This document shows, one piece after another, positions 14,975 through 28,710 of a stretch of 64,000 bases of DNA. A program made the translations under genes and the position numbers. The notes below the pieces were generated by a model. That model saw only the letters and a program-made list of their open reading frames with translations. It ran no database searches and was not told where the DNA came from. Source of the DNA: Rhizophagus irregularis. Lineage: Eukaryota. The stretch spans positions 4,650,001 through 4,714,000 of the forward strand of contig NC_089433.1 in assembly GCF_026210795.1 (NCBI RefSeq). The letters run 5' to 3'. The first letter of the stretch is position 1; every line of letters starts with the position of its first letter.

Positions 14975-15110
14975 TTCACTTTCTTTTGACTTGTTGCACC
15001 ATGTATCTAATATTAAATCTTTTCTGAATTCTTTGGGCTGCACCTTCCCAGAATTCAGTGCAATTTCTTTCGGGCATATTATGGAAATAATCATTCCTCC
15101 TTCTTTTATC
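14975..15110 (-). pseudogene. Myb/SANT-like (trihelix) domain remnant, PIF/Harbinger ORF1-like
   Basis: Minus-strand translation DKRRRNDYFHNMPERNCTEFWEGAAQRIQKRFNIRY..QVKRK*RNLV matches the FW...I...F...Q.K.KW.NL trihelix pattern; contains a frameshift and a stop. Confidence 0.55.
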
Positions 15111-15132
15111 AGAAAATAATGTAAGGACTAAG

Positions 15133-15200
15133 GAGCATCTTGAGCAGCCAGATTAATAATATGAGCAAAACAACGTACATGTTGATTTTCAGTATCAAAT
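15133..15200 (-). mobile_element. hAT transposase fragment
   Basis: Minus-strand FDTENQHVRCFAHIINLAAQDA matches the conserved hAT CxxH motif (RCxAHxxNL). Confidence 0.75.
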
Positions 15201-17798
15201 ATAATATTGCAAATTACAGTCTCAAATCTTGGATCTCTGATACTTGTATAGATTTCATATATATTTAGCTCAATTAAATTATTTCCCATGATTTATCTTT
15301 ATCTAATATTGCTTGGCCTCCTTCTTAAAAGCTGAATATTCTACTGTATTAGCAGTTTGAATATGTGGATTCAAAAGCATTAACTATTAGATGTATAATG
15401 TAATTACAAATTAACTATTTTTTTTAATTACAATTTTACTAATTTAATAAACTTGCTTTCTAGGTAATTTCAAATTTAATACAATTTCATCATCTGGAAA
15501 AGCCATTTCCCTTTTCAAATAAGATGATCCTTCAGGATCACTGGGTAAATCATATTTATATTTGACATATATAGATTTTGTGTCATTTACATTTACATCT
15601 ACACAGAGATCTTTAATAAATATTAATATAAATAAACTAATATTATTTTCCTAATTTTTGGTGTATTGTTTTCCTAATATATATTTGTCATATTATATTC
15701 TGGATTTTACTCTTGATCTTTAGTATATATTGATTCTTAAGCAATTATAATACAATGTCATCGAAAATTTTATAAATATATTCTTGTTAATCAATAGCAA
15801 TAAATTTCTTCTAAGTTGCGTGATAAATATATCATGTGATACTAGTTATAAAACAGATGATCATATTAATACTACCTATCATTTGCTTCAAAAATGTTAT
15901 AAGCTGGTTGTAATGATGGTTGTGATAGTAGTTGTTGTCAAATTGTGTTAGCTTTATTTTTCTTCTAAAGCTGCTTTTACAATTTTACCCCAAAGGTTTC
16001 CAATGCTTCATCATAAGCAAAAAAATGTCCAGGACTTGTTAAATTAGCAGATGGTGCGATTGATAATATAATATATTCATTATAATTTTTATAGCATAAT
16101 TGCCAAAATACCAGAACTTGAATGGTGGGATAATATTCCCTTCTTTGTCTACTGGAAGGAGACACTTGTTCATTTTGTTGTATATCTGCCAATGCATTTG
16201 TAACATTTTCTTGGTATTGCTGTGGCCTATCAATGTCACCCAAAATGATACATTTATAATCTCTGTCACTTGGACTTCCACATCTTTACTTTTGGGTATT
16301 CAAGATATGGCGTTCCAATTCTTCATCCTTAATTTCATTCTCTATTTATTTCAAATATATTCATAATAATATCTCACTAATTTGAATTTTCTATTATGTT
16401 GTCCAATATTATATTAGTAATAAAATTATTATAAAATTTTTTCATAATTCATTGTTATTAATCATTAATTTGTTAATATTCTCATAATCAGTATTGATAT
16501 AAGATAATTAATATTCAAGGTAAAAATACCAAGTTGGCTTGGTATTATGCTCGCATCATTCATCAGAACAATTAGATGCATGATAATACCAGAAACATGA
16601 ATCCTGATAATTCCAAATTGATTGCTGACTGGCCTGTATGCAATCATATTTATAAAGCTTGCTCCATCTAAAGTTTTCCTTTATCAACTTAGGAATGCAT
16701 TGATTAACTTTTAGGTCAGATATTAATCATTGCTATACAACACATTTTTAGACTATCAAAAAAATTACCAAAAGATTTTTATGAACACTATGTATTAAAA
16801 ATTTAATGTAATGATTTTAGGAGATGTTTGCACAGATTTTGGTATTAATTATAGTAATAATGGTATTTAATTAATGTTGTGTTGGATGGTTAACTATGAA
16901 TTCTAATGAGTTGTAGGAACAGGCCAAAGTTTCCCATAACAGCAATTCAAAATCCAGTCAGCATAATATAAGGCATCCATTATGAAGTACAGCAGCACCC
17001 TTGAAAGCTTAGACTGCACACTGCAATTAATTCATGAAATTTGGAGGTAACATGCCTAGTTCAAAGCAGCATGAGCTGAAATATTTTGTGATATTATTGA
17101 ATACTAAATTATAGCTGAAATTATTCAATTATAAATCTGCTTTATAGTCATAGTAGTATTCAATTAATGATTTATTAGTATTATAACAGAAATTATTAAA
17201 ATTGTAAAGTTAATTGGAAGTTGATAATATTACTTCAAATATTCATTTCCAAATACTAAAAGGGCTGGACTTTATATTATATTGTAGTGTTTTGTTTGAT
17301 TTGAAATATTTTTTAATAGCACATTAATGCATGGATGTTGACATTCAATTGTTGCCATTCTTGATGATATCCTTTTAAGTTTATGTCAAAAATTAAGACA
17401 ATTGAATAAAAATATGTTTAATATGTCATGTGGACTTTAATAAGTCGAATTAATCATATCAAACCATTTCCTGATATTAGATTTTTACTAAATTTCTTAT
17501 TTTATCAATGTTATTATTGATAATAATCGGGAATATTGATGAATAAAGAATAAATCATTCTATATTAATCTAATGGAATTGGTATGTTGATATATAAAGA
17601 ATAAATTGTTCTGTATTAATTTAATGGAATGAATTGCTGGTATATATGTAAATTAAAATCTTTATAAGTGTGGGAAACTTGATTAAATAGTAATTTTGTA
17701 ATGTGATATATAGAAGTGATAAAAATGGCCAAATTATTAATCTAAAGAAGGTCCTGTCAATATGGCTTGAGATACTTATAATAATATGAATATCGATT

Positions 17799-18167
17799 AA
17801 TCATATTCTAGTACTAGAAGTGGAAGAGTATTTGATAGGTATCTAAATTTTGTGATACCCTTACTTCTAGCCATTTTGTCATAGCGAAAAAAAAGGCAAT
17901 GATCCTTTCACTGGTATTGGTATTAATTTTTCTCGTCAATTTGAAGGTCCTCTTCTCTAATAATATGTACATCAATATGGTGAGATTGATCATATTCTAG
18001 TACTGGAAGTGGAAGAGTATTTGACAGGTATCTAAGTTTTGTGATACCCTGCTTTTAGCTATTTTGTCATGGCGAAAAAACTTTAATATTGATTCCTATT
18101 CTATGAAATAGTCCTTTTACTGGTATTAATATTGATATTTTTCGTCAATTTGAAAGTCCTCTTCTCT
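17799..18167. repeat. Two diverged ~160-180 bp direct repeats
   Basis: ATCATATTCTAGTACT(A/G)GAAGTGGAAGAGTATTTGA...CGTCAATTTGAA(G/A)GTCCTCTTCTCT occurs at ~17799-17958 and ~17989-18167. Confidence 0.85.
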
Positions 18168-19900
18168 GGCAAATATCACAGGTTTCTATATATTCCTTAA
18201 CATCATATCCCATTTGTGGCCAATAATAACAAACCAGATCATTTAGAGAATTGAGTTAGAGTTTAAACCAGATATGTTAATTGTAGTAATATTTAAATGT
18301 ATTCTCAGTTTCCATAATACTATATGTTGTTTATGATGGCATAATAATATTTTAGCATGCTATCATTATATATTAAATATAATAAAAATTTGATTTATTT
18401 AGATTTGGGTATACATTTCAAATTTGAATGATTTGTTACAATTTACTGTCAAATGTAAATTGATATTTCTGATATTTATAAAAAATATTTTTCTGCAAAG
18501 TATATTTATAATAAACTAAGTTGCACAACTAAAAATAACAACTAAAACATGTTTATTAAACAATTTCTTTGTTATTATGAGAATAATATGAATTTTTAAG
18601 ATAATTGTTGTTTAAACAATAAGCCCTAAGCCACAATTTCAAAGCCATTATTAGATTTTATTGATTTTATCACTTAAGCCATTTTCATCAGACTAAACTA
18701 AGCCATTCATATAAGCCTCTCATTATCTTGTAATTCACATGATTTCAATTTTGAATGATACGATTGATACGTTAAAAAGATAGTTATGTTTTATAAAGAA
18801 AGTATAAAAAAAAATGAATAGTGTCAATATATCAAAATTAATAAATTGTACTATGCTAGCTCAAATATTAAAATAAAAAAGCTTTTAATGATATAATATT
18901 ATATTGAAATACAAGTAAATCTTTTTTATGAGTGAAGAGTTCTGAATTCTGATTCAATTTGTGGAAATAATATAAATGTTCTAACTTGGAATGGATAGAT
19001 CTGCAATTTCATCATATTGGCGTTTTTAAAATTTATTTAATTGGAATTGAATATAAATCAATTACGTATAAAATGTATAATGAAGGACTATTAAAAGAAC
19101 GTAATAAAATTAATCCTATCAATAATATATAGTAAGTAAAATGGAAGAATTTATTTTTATTTACTTTATTTTTATTTAGCAGTATGGATTAATCGATATC
19201 AGCGTATACAAATAAACACATTTTAACGCTAAGTTAAGCTTAACACCAAAGATGCCATGGAATAATCAAATTTTTAAAAATATTCCAAGAAACTTTCCAT
19301 ATCAATTAATCACGTGCATTTTGACCCAATGATCGATCAAATTAATGCCGGAATGAAACCATCATCAAATCACATAATATTTATCGTTGACGATCACGAA
19401 TATTGACAGTTGAGAGCAATTTAAATATACAATTTATAATAATTATTACAAATATTGGACCATCAGCAAATTAAATGTACGGATAATTTAATACTTATAT
19501 TAAAATTCAATTACAATTTACTATTTCATTATTTATCATAATGAAATAACAAAATATGAAAATTAATTAAACACATTTTCTATAATATGATTTGTTCCTT
19601 CTATTTGATTTCACCTTATTTTCCTTGATTTCTGCATGTGTTGTTTAATCTCTTACTATGATAATTTGAAGTTCATGAGATATCCTTTCCTGAACGTGAT
19701 TTTAATTTAAACTTTTTTGTTGATTATACAACACTTCACATTGATAATCATGTGTTAATTTAACGTTAATGTTTACGTAAGAAAAGAAAGTTAATACAAA
19801 AATAGAAACACTATATTCGATTATTTAACTAAACCCCTAAGTATTTTTTTTTTTTTTGTTTCCAACTCATCTGATAAATTAAAAATTTTATTAAAAAAAA

Positions 19901-22111
19901 ATGATTAAACCTCAAACCCTCGCTTATAATTCTAAGAAAATATTATCAATTCTAAATAATATCTCCAAAATTGATGGAGGCTGCACTTCTCTTATAAAAT
20001 ATCCTGTGCTTATTGGTTCTCGTGCTGCAAAATGGCACGTGCCTTTCTTCCGTGAACCTAATGATTGGGATTTAGTTGCAACCCCTTCACAATCAACTTT
20101 ATTTATTAATAAAGCTAAAAGTTCTAATGTAACTTTTAAAAATATAAAATTAATTCATTATCCAGGGGGTGGATTAAAACTTGTTGGAGGGTGTATTGAC
20201 CCATTTACAAATGGAAAATCTATCAACTTTGATATTGAACTTGTCTCTGATAAAATGGATCTTAGAACTATGAAGTCAAATGTTATTCTGAATGAAGAAG
20301 AAAGTGATGAGAATGATAATAATAATGAAGATGACAACTATATTGAGGACAACATAAACTTAATTGAAAGTAAAATTGAATTTGAAATGTTTAATGATAT
20401 TCAACCAAAAATAAGTGCTCTGATGATTTGTGATTTGTGTCGCAATATTGAAGATAAAATGTTGTTTCCATTATTATCAAGTTTTCCATGTATTGTTGCT
20501 CCATTAAAAATTCTTGAAGCTTTGAAAACATCTCACATTTATTGGCCAGCTGATTTTCAAAAGAATATTGCAGACTTGCATTTGTTAAGAATTTTATTGG
20601 GATATAATAAAGTATCAATGACTCAACCATTATGCAGTCCACAACGTGATAAGCCAATTGAACTTATGTTAAAGACTCGTATCAAGGAAACTGAAATAAT
20701 ACGAGGTAAACCAGGCGCACACATCAAATTAAATATGACCAATGAAGAATTCTTGGATCACGAAGACATTCTATTTGTACAAAAGCATGTTCCCCATGAT
20801 TACTTACATGAACTCGTTAAATATGGTGATCAACCAATTTATAAAAGTTTAAAAGATGATCAGGTATAAAAATTTAATTATTATAAGTCATTATTTGTAT
20901 AAAACCTAAATACTAACATAAAAAAAAATGCAAAATAGTCTAAAGCATGGACAAAAAAATCTCTTTTTGAAAACCTTGACTATAAAACAAAACTTAATTG
21001 CGTTAAAGAAGAAGCAATGGTAATTGCACTTGAAAGATATCTTATTCCAAAGATTTCCAAAAATCAAGAAACTTCTTACAGTTTAGCACTTTCTAGGATT
21101 TGCACTACATTGACTAGAGGATGGTTTCGCCAATTTGCAATTGATAATTATTCTAGACTTTCAAATCTTGATAAAGATTTATTACCAATAGCTTATGACA
21201 TAATTCAAAAATTTCCTATTAAACAAAAAAAATCAGATGCATTAGTACATGACCCAGAAACTCAAGCTATTTTTGAATCTATTCGTCCCTATACTGAGCC
21301 AATTTCATCATTTGAGTGCTTTCGTAATATTTATAACATTAGTGTTAATAGAACTGGAATCAAGATTACTTCTCCAGTAAATAGTAACATATCCATTACA
21401 GCTATCATTACAACTATGTTTCTACCCCATTATGATTGTACCGTAAGTGCTATTTGGACAGCTTCTGTTGTAATCTTACCTAGTGAAGATCTGGAAATCA
21501 TAAAGTATATGTCAACTTTTCTGTATTTATTTATACTTATGTGTTTATTTATTAACATTATTTAATTTTAAGTAACGAAAAAAAAAATGGTCATGCCAAA
21601 AACATGTAAGTGTTTTAATGTGTCAAAATAATTATTTTTCATCATAAGAAATCTCAAATTTAACTTAAAAATTTATTTTAGAGATCCACTTGAACAATAT
21701 GATTATGGAGATCCATTGAATCTTCACCCTTATTATTATTATGATGATAGAACACTTTCAGAATTAACTTCTAAGCATGTTTTTGTATTTGGAGCTAGTG
21801 TAGATAATAATGACGACGGAAGTTGGCGTGTGAACAGTCCAATAGCAGATTTTTGGGCTCCAATATGTATTAAAGCCAAATCAGCTGATTATATTGCAAG
21901 TGTACTTAAAATCCCTGTTCTTACTGGTGATTTATTATTTAAATATGTGCTTGATTGTTTACAACCAACTATACAAAATAATGGAGAGACACCACTTAAA
22001 TATTGGATTAATGGATTAAAAAGTAAAGGAGATATTCCAATTGAACCAAAGCAACATCTTTGGTATCATGCTTGGAATCATGCATTAAATGATGGAAAAT
22101 TTATTTATTAA
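19901..22111 (+). CDS. 663-aa protein: Pol-beta-type nucleotidyltransferase-like N-terminus, phage-like (DUF7275-like) helical domain, unknown C-terminus; exons 19901-20863, 20939-21504, 21573-21605, 21682-22111
   Basis: Three GT-AG introns (TACTAAC branch point at 20911) join three track ORFs into one stop-free frame of 1992 nt. Motifs LIGSRA-x12-DWDLV, KTSHIYW, HDYLHELV..PIY, CVKEEAMVIALERYLIP, ALSRICTTLTRGWFRQFAIDNY. Confidence 0.85.
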
Positions 22112-25010
22112 TTACTATGAATTAGTGATTATCATATTTAAATTTTCTTACAAATAAATCAAATAAATAAAGCTAAACTAGCAAATTAAGTTTTTTCAGA
22201 TGGTTTTCTTAGCGAGGGATTTTGTCCCCAAGAATAGTATTTAATATTATTAGAATTATGATATTTATTGTTCTCCCTTAAAAATTTAAAGTTATTTTTC
22301 GACAATCATAATTTAAAAAACGAGAAAAATTCTTAAAAACTTAAATTAATTTAAAGCTTTTTTTTTAGTGTTTTCAATTTACCCTGGTCAACCCAAATTT
22401 TTTAAGAATATTTTTTTTTATTCAGTTACTAAAATATGTATCTTGTGAGGATTTCATGTACCAAGCACAATATTTTGTATTATATTTAAGAAATATGGCT
22501 AATAACATCAAATTTTACATTTAAAGGATCATATTCTTCAAGCATTGAATATTCTACAATGAAAGAAGGAAGCCTTTTTCTTAATATCCTGTTATTTACA
22601 ATAATTAATGAACTTTTTTTTTTTATCAAAAAAGTAAAAACAAAGCATTTTTTGAGAAAACATAAAAGAGAATAAAATATTTCATTTCGTTCGGTATACA
22701 CATTATTATAGCATGGTTAATTTAACTATTATTCAAGTTACGAGAACCCATTTTTAATTACGAGCTAAAATATTAGTAGTTAAATAAAATTTTTAATATT
22801 GTAGTTTGTCTAATATTCCTTCAGAGTTCAGATTCCTTCGTTACAACTTGAATTAACTAGTCAATAATTTGAGAATAATTGTAAATTGTATTAAATATTC
22901 ATACTATAATTAATATATGCTTTTTTATCACTTTGAGTTGTTATTACATAATCTCTTCTAAAAAGACAGCGTATATATATTAATTACTTCATTTTTTGTG
23001 TGATTCTCTAAAAATTACATGAACTTTTAGAAAATTCTGTAAAAAGTATTTAAGTACAATGTAACATTAAAAAATTTTGTTTTAACATATTTCATTTTTA
23101 AAATAGAAATTATAAACTTCATTTCTATTGAGTAATAATTAAATATTAAATATTTCGCAAAAATTAATGATTATATTTCAAAAATTATATTTTTATTAAT
23201 AATTAATAATTTTAATTATCATACTTTGCAAAATTTAATGATATTATTGGTTAGAAAAAATAAATTTAGTTTTTGGGATAATGAGTGTCAGGATTTTGAA
23301 TTTTTGGGATTATGATTTTTCACCCCAATTTTTTTTATGAAAACTTGAGATTTTGATTATTATTATTATTATTTCTAACTTTTTTTATTGAAACTATAAC
23401 CCAAAAATAATAATTTGTTCTTTAGTTAATATATTGTAAATAACCAATAGATGTCATACGGACTATTTCGTTGATTTTGATAATACTTTTTATTTAAAAT
23501 TAAAGCAAAATTTTTTTAATGTTATATTATATTTAAATACTTTCCATTAAAATCTTGATTTATTTGTAGATGCAATTCAACTCATTTACAGGTTAGATAT
23601 GAGGAATTAAAACATACATTAGACGAAGTGTATCGCAAAACTAAATAATATACATCAAGAAATGTTTTTCTGACCATACTAATGCTAAAAATATGGGCAT
23701 CATATTGAAGTTAATTTTTTTTTTTTGTACTTTCATATAGAGAATAATTACACCACTATTGATACTCTTATGAGTTATAACTTTATAATACTATTAATAT
23801 AAATTCTAATATAGTTTACGCGGTATGACTACAATTATAATTATACTCCTCACTAACCCTAATTTGACTAGTCTAACTATTGTCTTCCATTTAAGCCCTA
23901 TAAAAAATTCTATCCGTTATTTCTGTAAAAACTCCGTAAAAATGAGCCTTTCACGGATCCATTCACGGAAAATATAAATAATTCGATAAATTCCGTGATA
24001 TAAAGTTATTAATTCCGGAAATATGAGCCTTTTAAAGAAAAAAGATGGAATAAAAAAAAGGATTGACTTTTTTACAAGGTAAGTTGCACATATAACTATA
24101 AGGTCTTTATGTATCAAAATTTTAATATCAATTTAAAGAGAAGGTATGACTACTCGATGAGTTCAAATCATCACTAAAAATGAAAAAAGATATTTTAGGT
24201 AATAAGTAAAGTAGTACTGTACTTTGATGCAAGTATAGACGTACGCACTCATATTTTGATAGTACTTGCGTTTACAAAACATAATAAAAGTTATACTAAT
24301 ACGTACGAAAATTTATACAACTTTAAATTTCGTACAACTTGAATTTTATGGGCTGATTTACAGAACCGGATAGCGGTTAAGGAACTTTTCGAGTTAAGTA
24401 TGATAACGGAAAAATAATTACTGCCCAGGGAAATGAAAATAACTAAAAGACTTAGAAAAAAGGGAATCATCTCTTTTATTGAAAAATAATAGCTAAAAAA
24501 ATGATGACTGATTATTTTTTTATCGCCAAAATAAAGTGAGTAAAATTAAATCAAATAATACGTAATTGTAACATACATACTTGTTATTCCATGGGTATCA
24601 ATGAATGACTGAAATATTCATCGATGCCTTCGGTGTATATTTATATTTATATTTATTTTTATTTTTATTTTAAAAATGTAATATAACTGGGAATTATAAC
24701 AGTCCTTTGACTGATTAAGCGAACACTTGACCGACCGAACAGCCATTAAACTGACCACTTTTTAACAATTGCTCAATGATGATTGATGATTGTTCATAAA
24801 ATTTATTAATTCAAAAAAGTCAAAAATGAGACATAACTTATATCATAGAATTTGGTAACATTTTTAAATACTTTATTAATTTATATAATTAAAAAAAAAT
24901 CGAACATAAAAAATAAATATAATAAATATAATAAACTGAATAAAAATTACCAATCCCTATTTTCCCGACTATTTCCTGATGTCTGTTGCATGTAACAGGT
25001 TATTACACAT

Positions 25011-25043
25011 GGTCAGTTATGGTCGGGTTTATTGCCATCCCTA
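25011..25043 (-). mobile_element. hAT-like terminal inverted repeat remnant
   Basis: Minus strand reads TAGGGATGGCAATAAACCCGACCATAACTGACC, similar to Ac-type TIRs, with TGACC repeats also near 24729-24757. The partner TIR was not found. Confidence 0.4.
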
Positions 25044-25304
25044 AATATAACAAACAACAAACCTCGTTAATTATATGAATATCATAAAAGATAATTATTG
25101 GTTTATTACTTACTATTGCTATTATTAAATTTGCTAAGATCAATATTACTATAAATACTGATCAAACTCAGATTCTTTTGTTAAACGGTCTAAAAATCAA
25201 ATGATAAATTTTTATTAATTGCAATATTGACAAAATAGATCCTTTCATAATTAATCTATGGTTAGGAAAAAGATTCTATAATTAAAAAATGATATAATCC
25301 AAAA

Positions 25305-27122
25305 CTAATAAATACCAAATTCAAATTCTTCGTCTAAAAAATATTGCATAAATTAATTAAATACTGCATATATAGTACATTAAATCTTGAATAAAAATAT
25401 ATATATATATTTACCATCATCATCATCAATTTCGGTTAATTTAATTTTTTTATTTGTTCTTTCTGAATTTTTTTTTAAAAAAAAAAAATTAAAAAAATAT
25501 ATATATAATCAATGGCGCAATAGATTATAAAAACATCTGACATCACCTTCAATCAGATTAATATCAAGTTCTCTTTTATCTTTTTAAAAAATATGAAATA
25601 TTATCAGTAATAATACATAGACGCTAGACTCAGATAGTTAAGAAGCTAATAAAATAATATAATAATTACCATTAAAAAATTCATCACTACTTTGGTACGG
25701 GTCTAAATAAATAAATTTGTGAAATTATTTTACTTAAAAGAGGTAATAACTAATATAAAGATGTCTTGACCATTTACCAAGTTTTGTAAAAATTTCCGTA
25801 GATTCAACAGAATTGATCATTGTACTCAAAGATCTACTTTTATAAATAAAATCTGGATTATTTATCGTTATTGGTCCAATATCTGGTGACTTTATAATTT
25901 TAGTAGGATTATTGTCACGACAATTATCAGATTCCATTAACAAAATATTTCGAATTTTTGATTCTATATCAAAAGCTGTTGGTCTTTTCTTTGGATCATG
26001 ATGCCAACATTCTTGCATTAATTCAATATAGCCTTCAGGTGCATTTGTAACAATTGGAGGACGAAGTCCATCACATATTTGAATAATAAGTTCTGTATTA
26101 TGGTATCGATCCCAAAAAGGCCTTCTACCTGTCATCAATTCCCACATGATCATACCAAAACTATATACATCTGAAGCTTTAGTATATTTCTTTCCCTGAA
26201 TAATCTCTGGATCCATGTAAGGAATAATTCCATAAATCTCATTATAATCAGAATCTAATGATTCACTTACGATTTTTGCCTCCGCTAAATCACCTATAAT
26301 CGCAAAATTTCTTTCAAGTAAAATATTTCCACTATGAATATCCCCATGAACTATATTTGCATTATGCATATTTTTAAGTCCAAGTATAATGTAATTCAAT
26401 ATATTTAACTTATCTATCCAATTATGTTTTAAAAAATCATCGATTAAATAATGCGCTAGATCTCCTGATTCATAATATTTAATGACTATCGCAAAATTCT
26501 GAGTAGTAGGATCTAGAGTGATTCCATAATATTTATTAATATATGGATAATAACCGTCATTATCACATGGATCATAACTAGCCATTGAAAGTATGAATTT
26601 ATAAAACATCTTAATCTAAAGTTAATGTAAGTATTGTTATTATATTATATGATAAATTAAATTAATATTCAATAATCAAAAATACCGTACCTCATTTAAA
26701 CCTCCAGAATTGATGTATTTAGAACTACTAAGTTTCTTAAGTACAACGTTCATTTCACCATAACTATCATACTTCTGTTTTTTATGATTCCAATAAGAAA
26801 TTGGTCCATCAATCCAAGTGGCCTTATAAATTTTACTAAATCCTCCTACGGCAATAAATTCTATATCTTTAAATCTATCATAAGGAATAAATTCCATTTT
26901 ACCCGCTTTTTCATTACGATTGGTCAAAGTATATTTTATAAAATCATCAACAACTCTATTTCCGCTTGGTATAAATGCTGTCATCGGTTTGTAACATGAT
27001 TTACAAATTTGAAATTCATTTAAATATTTTCTTTTTCGATCGCATCCATTACATTTCTTAAATTCATCAAGTACGTTGTGCATTGATTTAATTTTTGGTC
27101 TATTTTTTGTTGTACGCTCCAT
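25305..27122 (-). CDS. Tyrosine-kinase-like (TKL) protein kinase, copy 1; main exons 27122-26691 and 26615-25778, then several small 3' exons (tentative, stop at 25305)
   Basis: CxxC..CxxC N-terminus, SGNRVVDDFI, IAVGGFSKIYKATW, VVLKKL, HGDIHSGNILL, GDLA, PYMDPE, DVYSFGMIMWE, CWHHDPKKRP. In-frame GT-AG intron 26690-26616. Confidence 0.92.
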
Positions 27123-27509
27123 GATAATTATACCGTATATTATTAAATTCTTGAAAAAAAATATTTGCAAAATGAAGGAAAGATTGAAAAAAAAAAAATC
27201 TTAATTACGCCACATTTATTTTCGGTGATTACAAAAATTTAAAAATAAGTGATCGTCACAACGCATACTTTTGAATTCCACGAATAATATTCATTTAAAA
27301 ATTTATTTAAATAAAAAATTTGCCTTTATAATTCCTCGAATAAACGATGAAAAATATATTTTAGTCTGAAGATCGTGCATTTAATGTATTGTACATAGAA
27401 AGTTTATTTTTATACTATGAGTGATATAATTATTATTTTTTTTTATAAACTTTATTAGTATTGAAATAATAATTACCAATGTAATCATTCCCGATTTAGA
27501 CGTAAAAAA

Positions 27510-27790
27510 ATACGGTATCCGATCAAAATCTCGACAGTCATTTGCACGACTAACATAAGATCGATAACAAAATTTCGACAATCCAAAATCCTGAAAAGTC
27601 ATTATATCGACAATTTTAAATCTAATGATGAGTGTTCTAATAAAATAATTTGTTACAACATGTAATATTTAGTTTAAATGTGGTAAATTTCATAATTTTG
27701 TTCCTAAAATTGTCAGAATAATCAACTTGTCGGTATAATGATTTGTCCGGATTTTGACTTGTCATTTGTTGTCGGTCTTGAAGTGCCGAC
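27510..27790. mobile_element. Foldback/MITE-like element with inverted CGACA/TGTCG-rich arms
   Basis: CGACAATCCAAAATCCTGAAAAGTCATTATATCGACAA (~27576-27613) is inverted-complementary to TTGTCGGTATAATGATTTGTCCGGATTTTGACTTGTC (~27727-27763). Exact ends unresolved. Confidence 0.55.
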
Positions 27791-28594
27791 TCACTGCCGA
27801 GTAACTGTTGTATTTGCAATAAGCAATATGATTGGTGGAATTTACTGAGCGCAACTCACTGATCATATTGTATTTTATTGCAAGGCACAATGGTGCCGCA
27901 GTTATGAGGTCACGTGTGCCGAGTAACTTTTTTTATCAGGCTTACAAAGTATTTTTTTTTATACAGCTTAGTAGGTTGTACTAACATCACCAATTAGTAA
28001 ATGTCTGAATGTCTGATAATGTTCTATACTATACTACAAACAAACCTAAATATATTGTGATTAAGTTCATTAAAGTATATTAAAAAAATTACTCTATTGA
28101 AAGATATTATTCATTTACTCGCTATCATTGTCCTCCCTACTTCCCTGAATTCGTTTATTGTTTTCATTCAATTTGTCATTATCCGTTTCGATTTCTTTAC
28201 CTTTACTTTTTGATCCTTCTACATTACCCTTATCCTATTACTAAATTCCGAATTTAATTTGTTAAATCTTCGACCAAATCATTATTGGGAACCTTCGAAC
28301 CCGCTAGACTATCTGTTGCTTCGAAAATTATTCGTAATCCGATAGAGAATTAGCGTTATTGATTGGCGTCTTTCGAGTTCTCCGTTTCCTAAACGAACCA
28401 TCTTTACATATGAGTTCATAACTTGTAATCCTAATCCTAAATCATCTTGCATCGCGGAATCATATATTGCTTTCATGGAGTGGTATAATTATATTTATTA
28501 GCGGTAATTGAAAATATATTTTTTGTTAGACTCTTTGTCAAAAATTATTTTTTATTACGACTATTTATTGCAGTTTTAAGATCTCTGTATACGT

Positions 28595-28710
28595 TGTGAT
28601 CATTGGGTGATTATAATTACAGGACGATTACCGGACAAATTGTCCGGTTTTTTCCAGTAATCATAATCATCCTGTAATCTATAATTATATTTATTAAGTA
28701 ATTTGCATGG
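28595..28710. repeat. Dispersed repeat; second copy at ~47595-47680
   Basis: GGTGATTATAATTACAGGA.GATTAC.GG...TGTAAT...TAATTTGCATGG is shared by both loci. Confidence 0.7.

Noticed and set aside
23851..23863. Telomere-like CTAACCCTAA
   Set aside because: Fewer than two full units; expected by chance.
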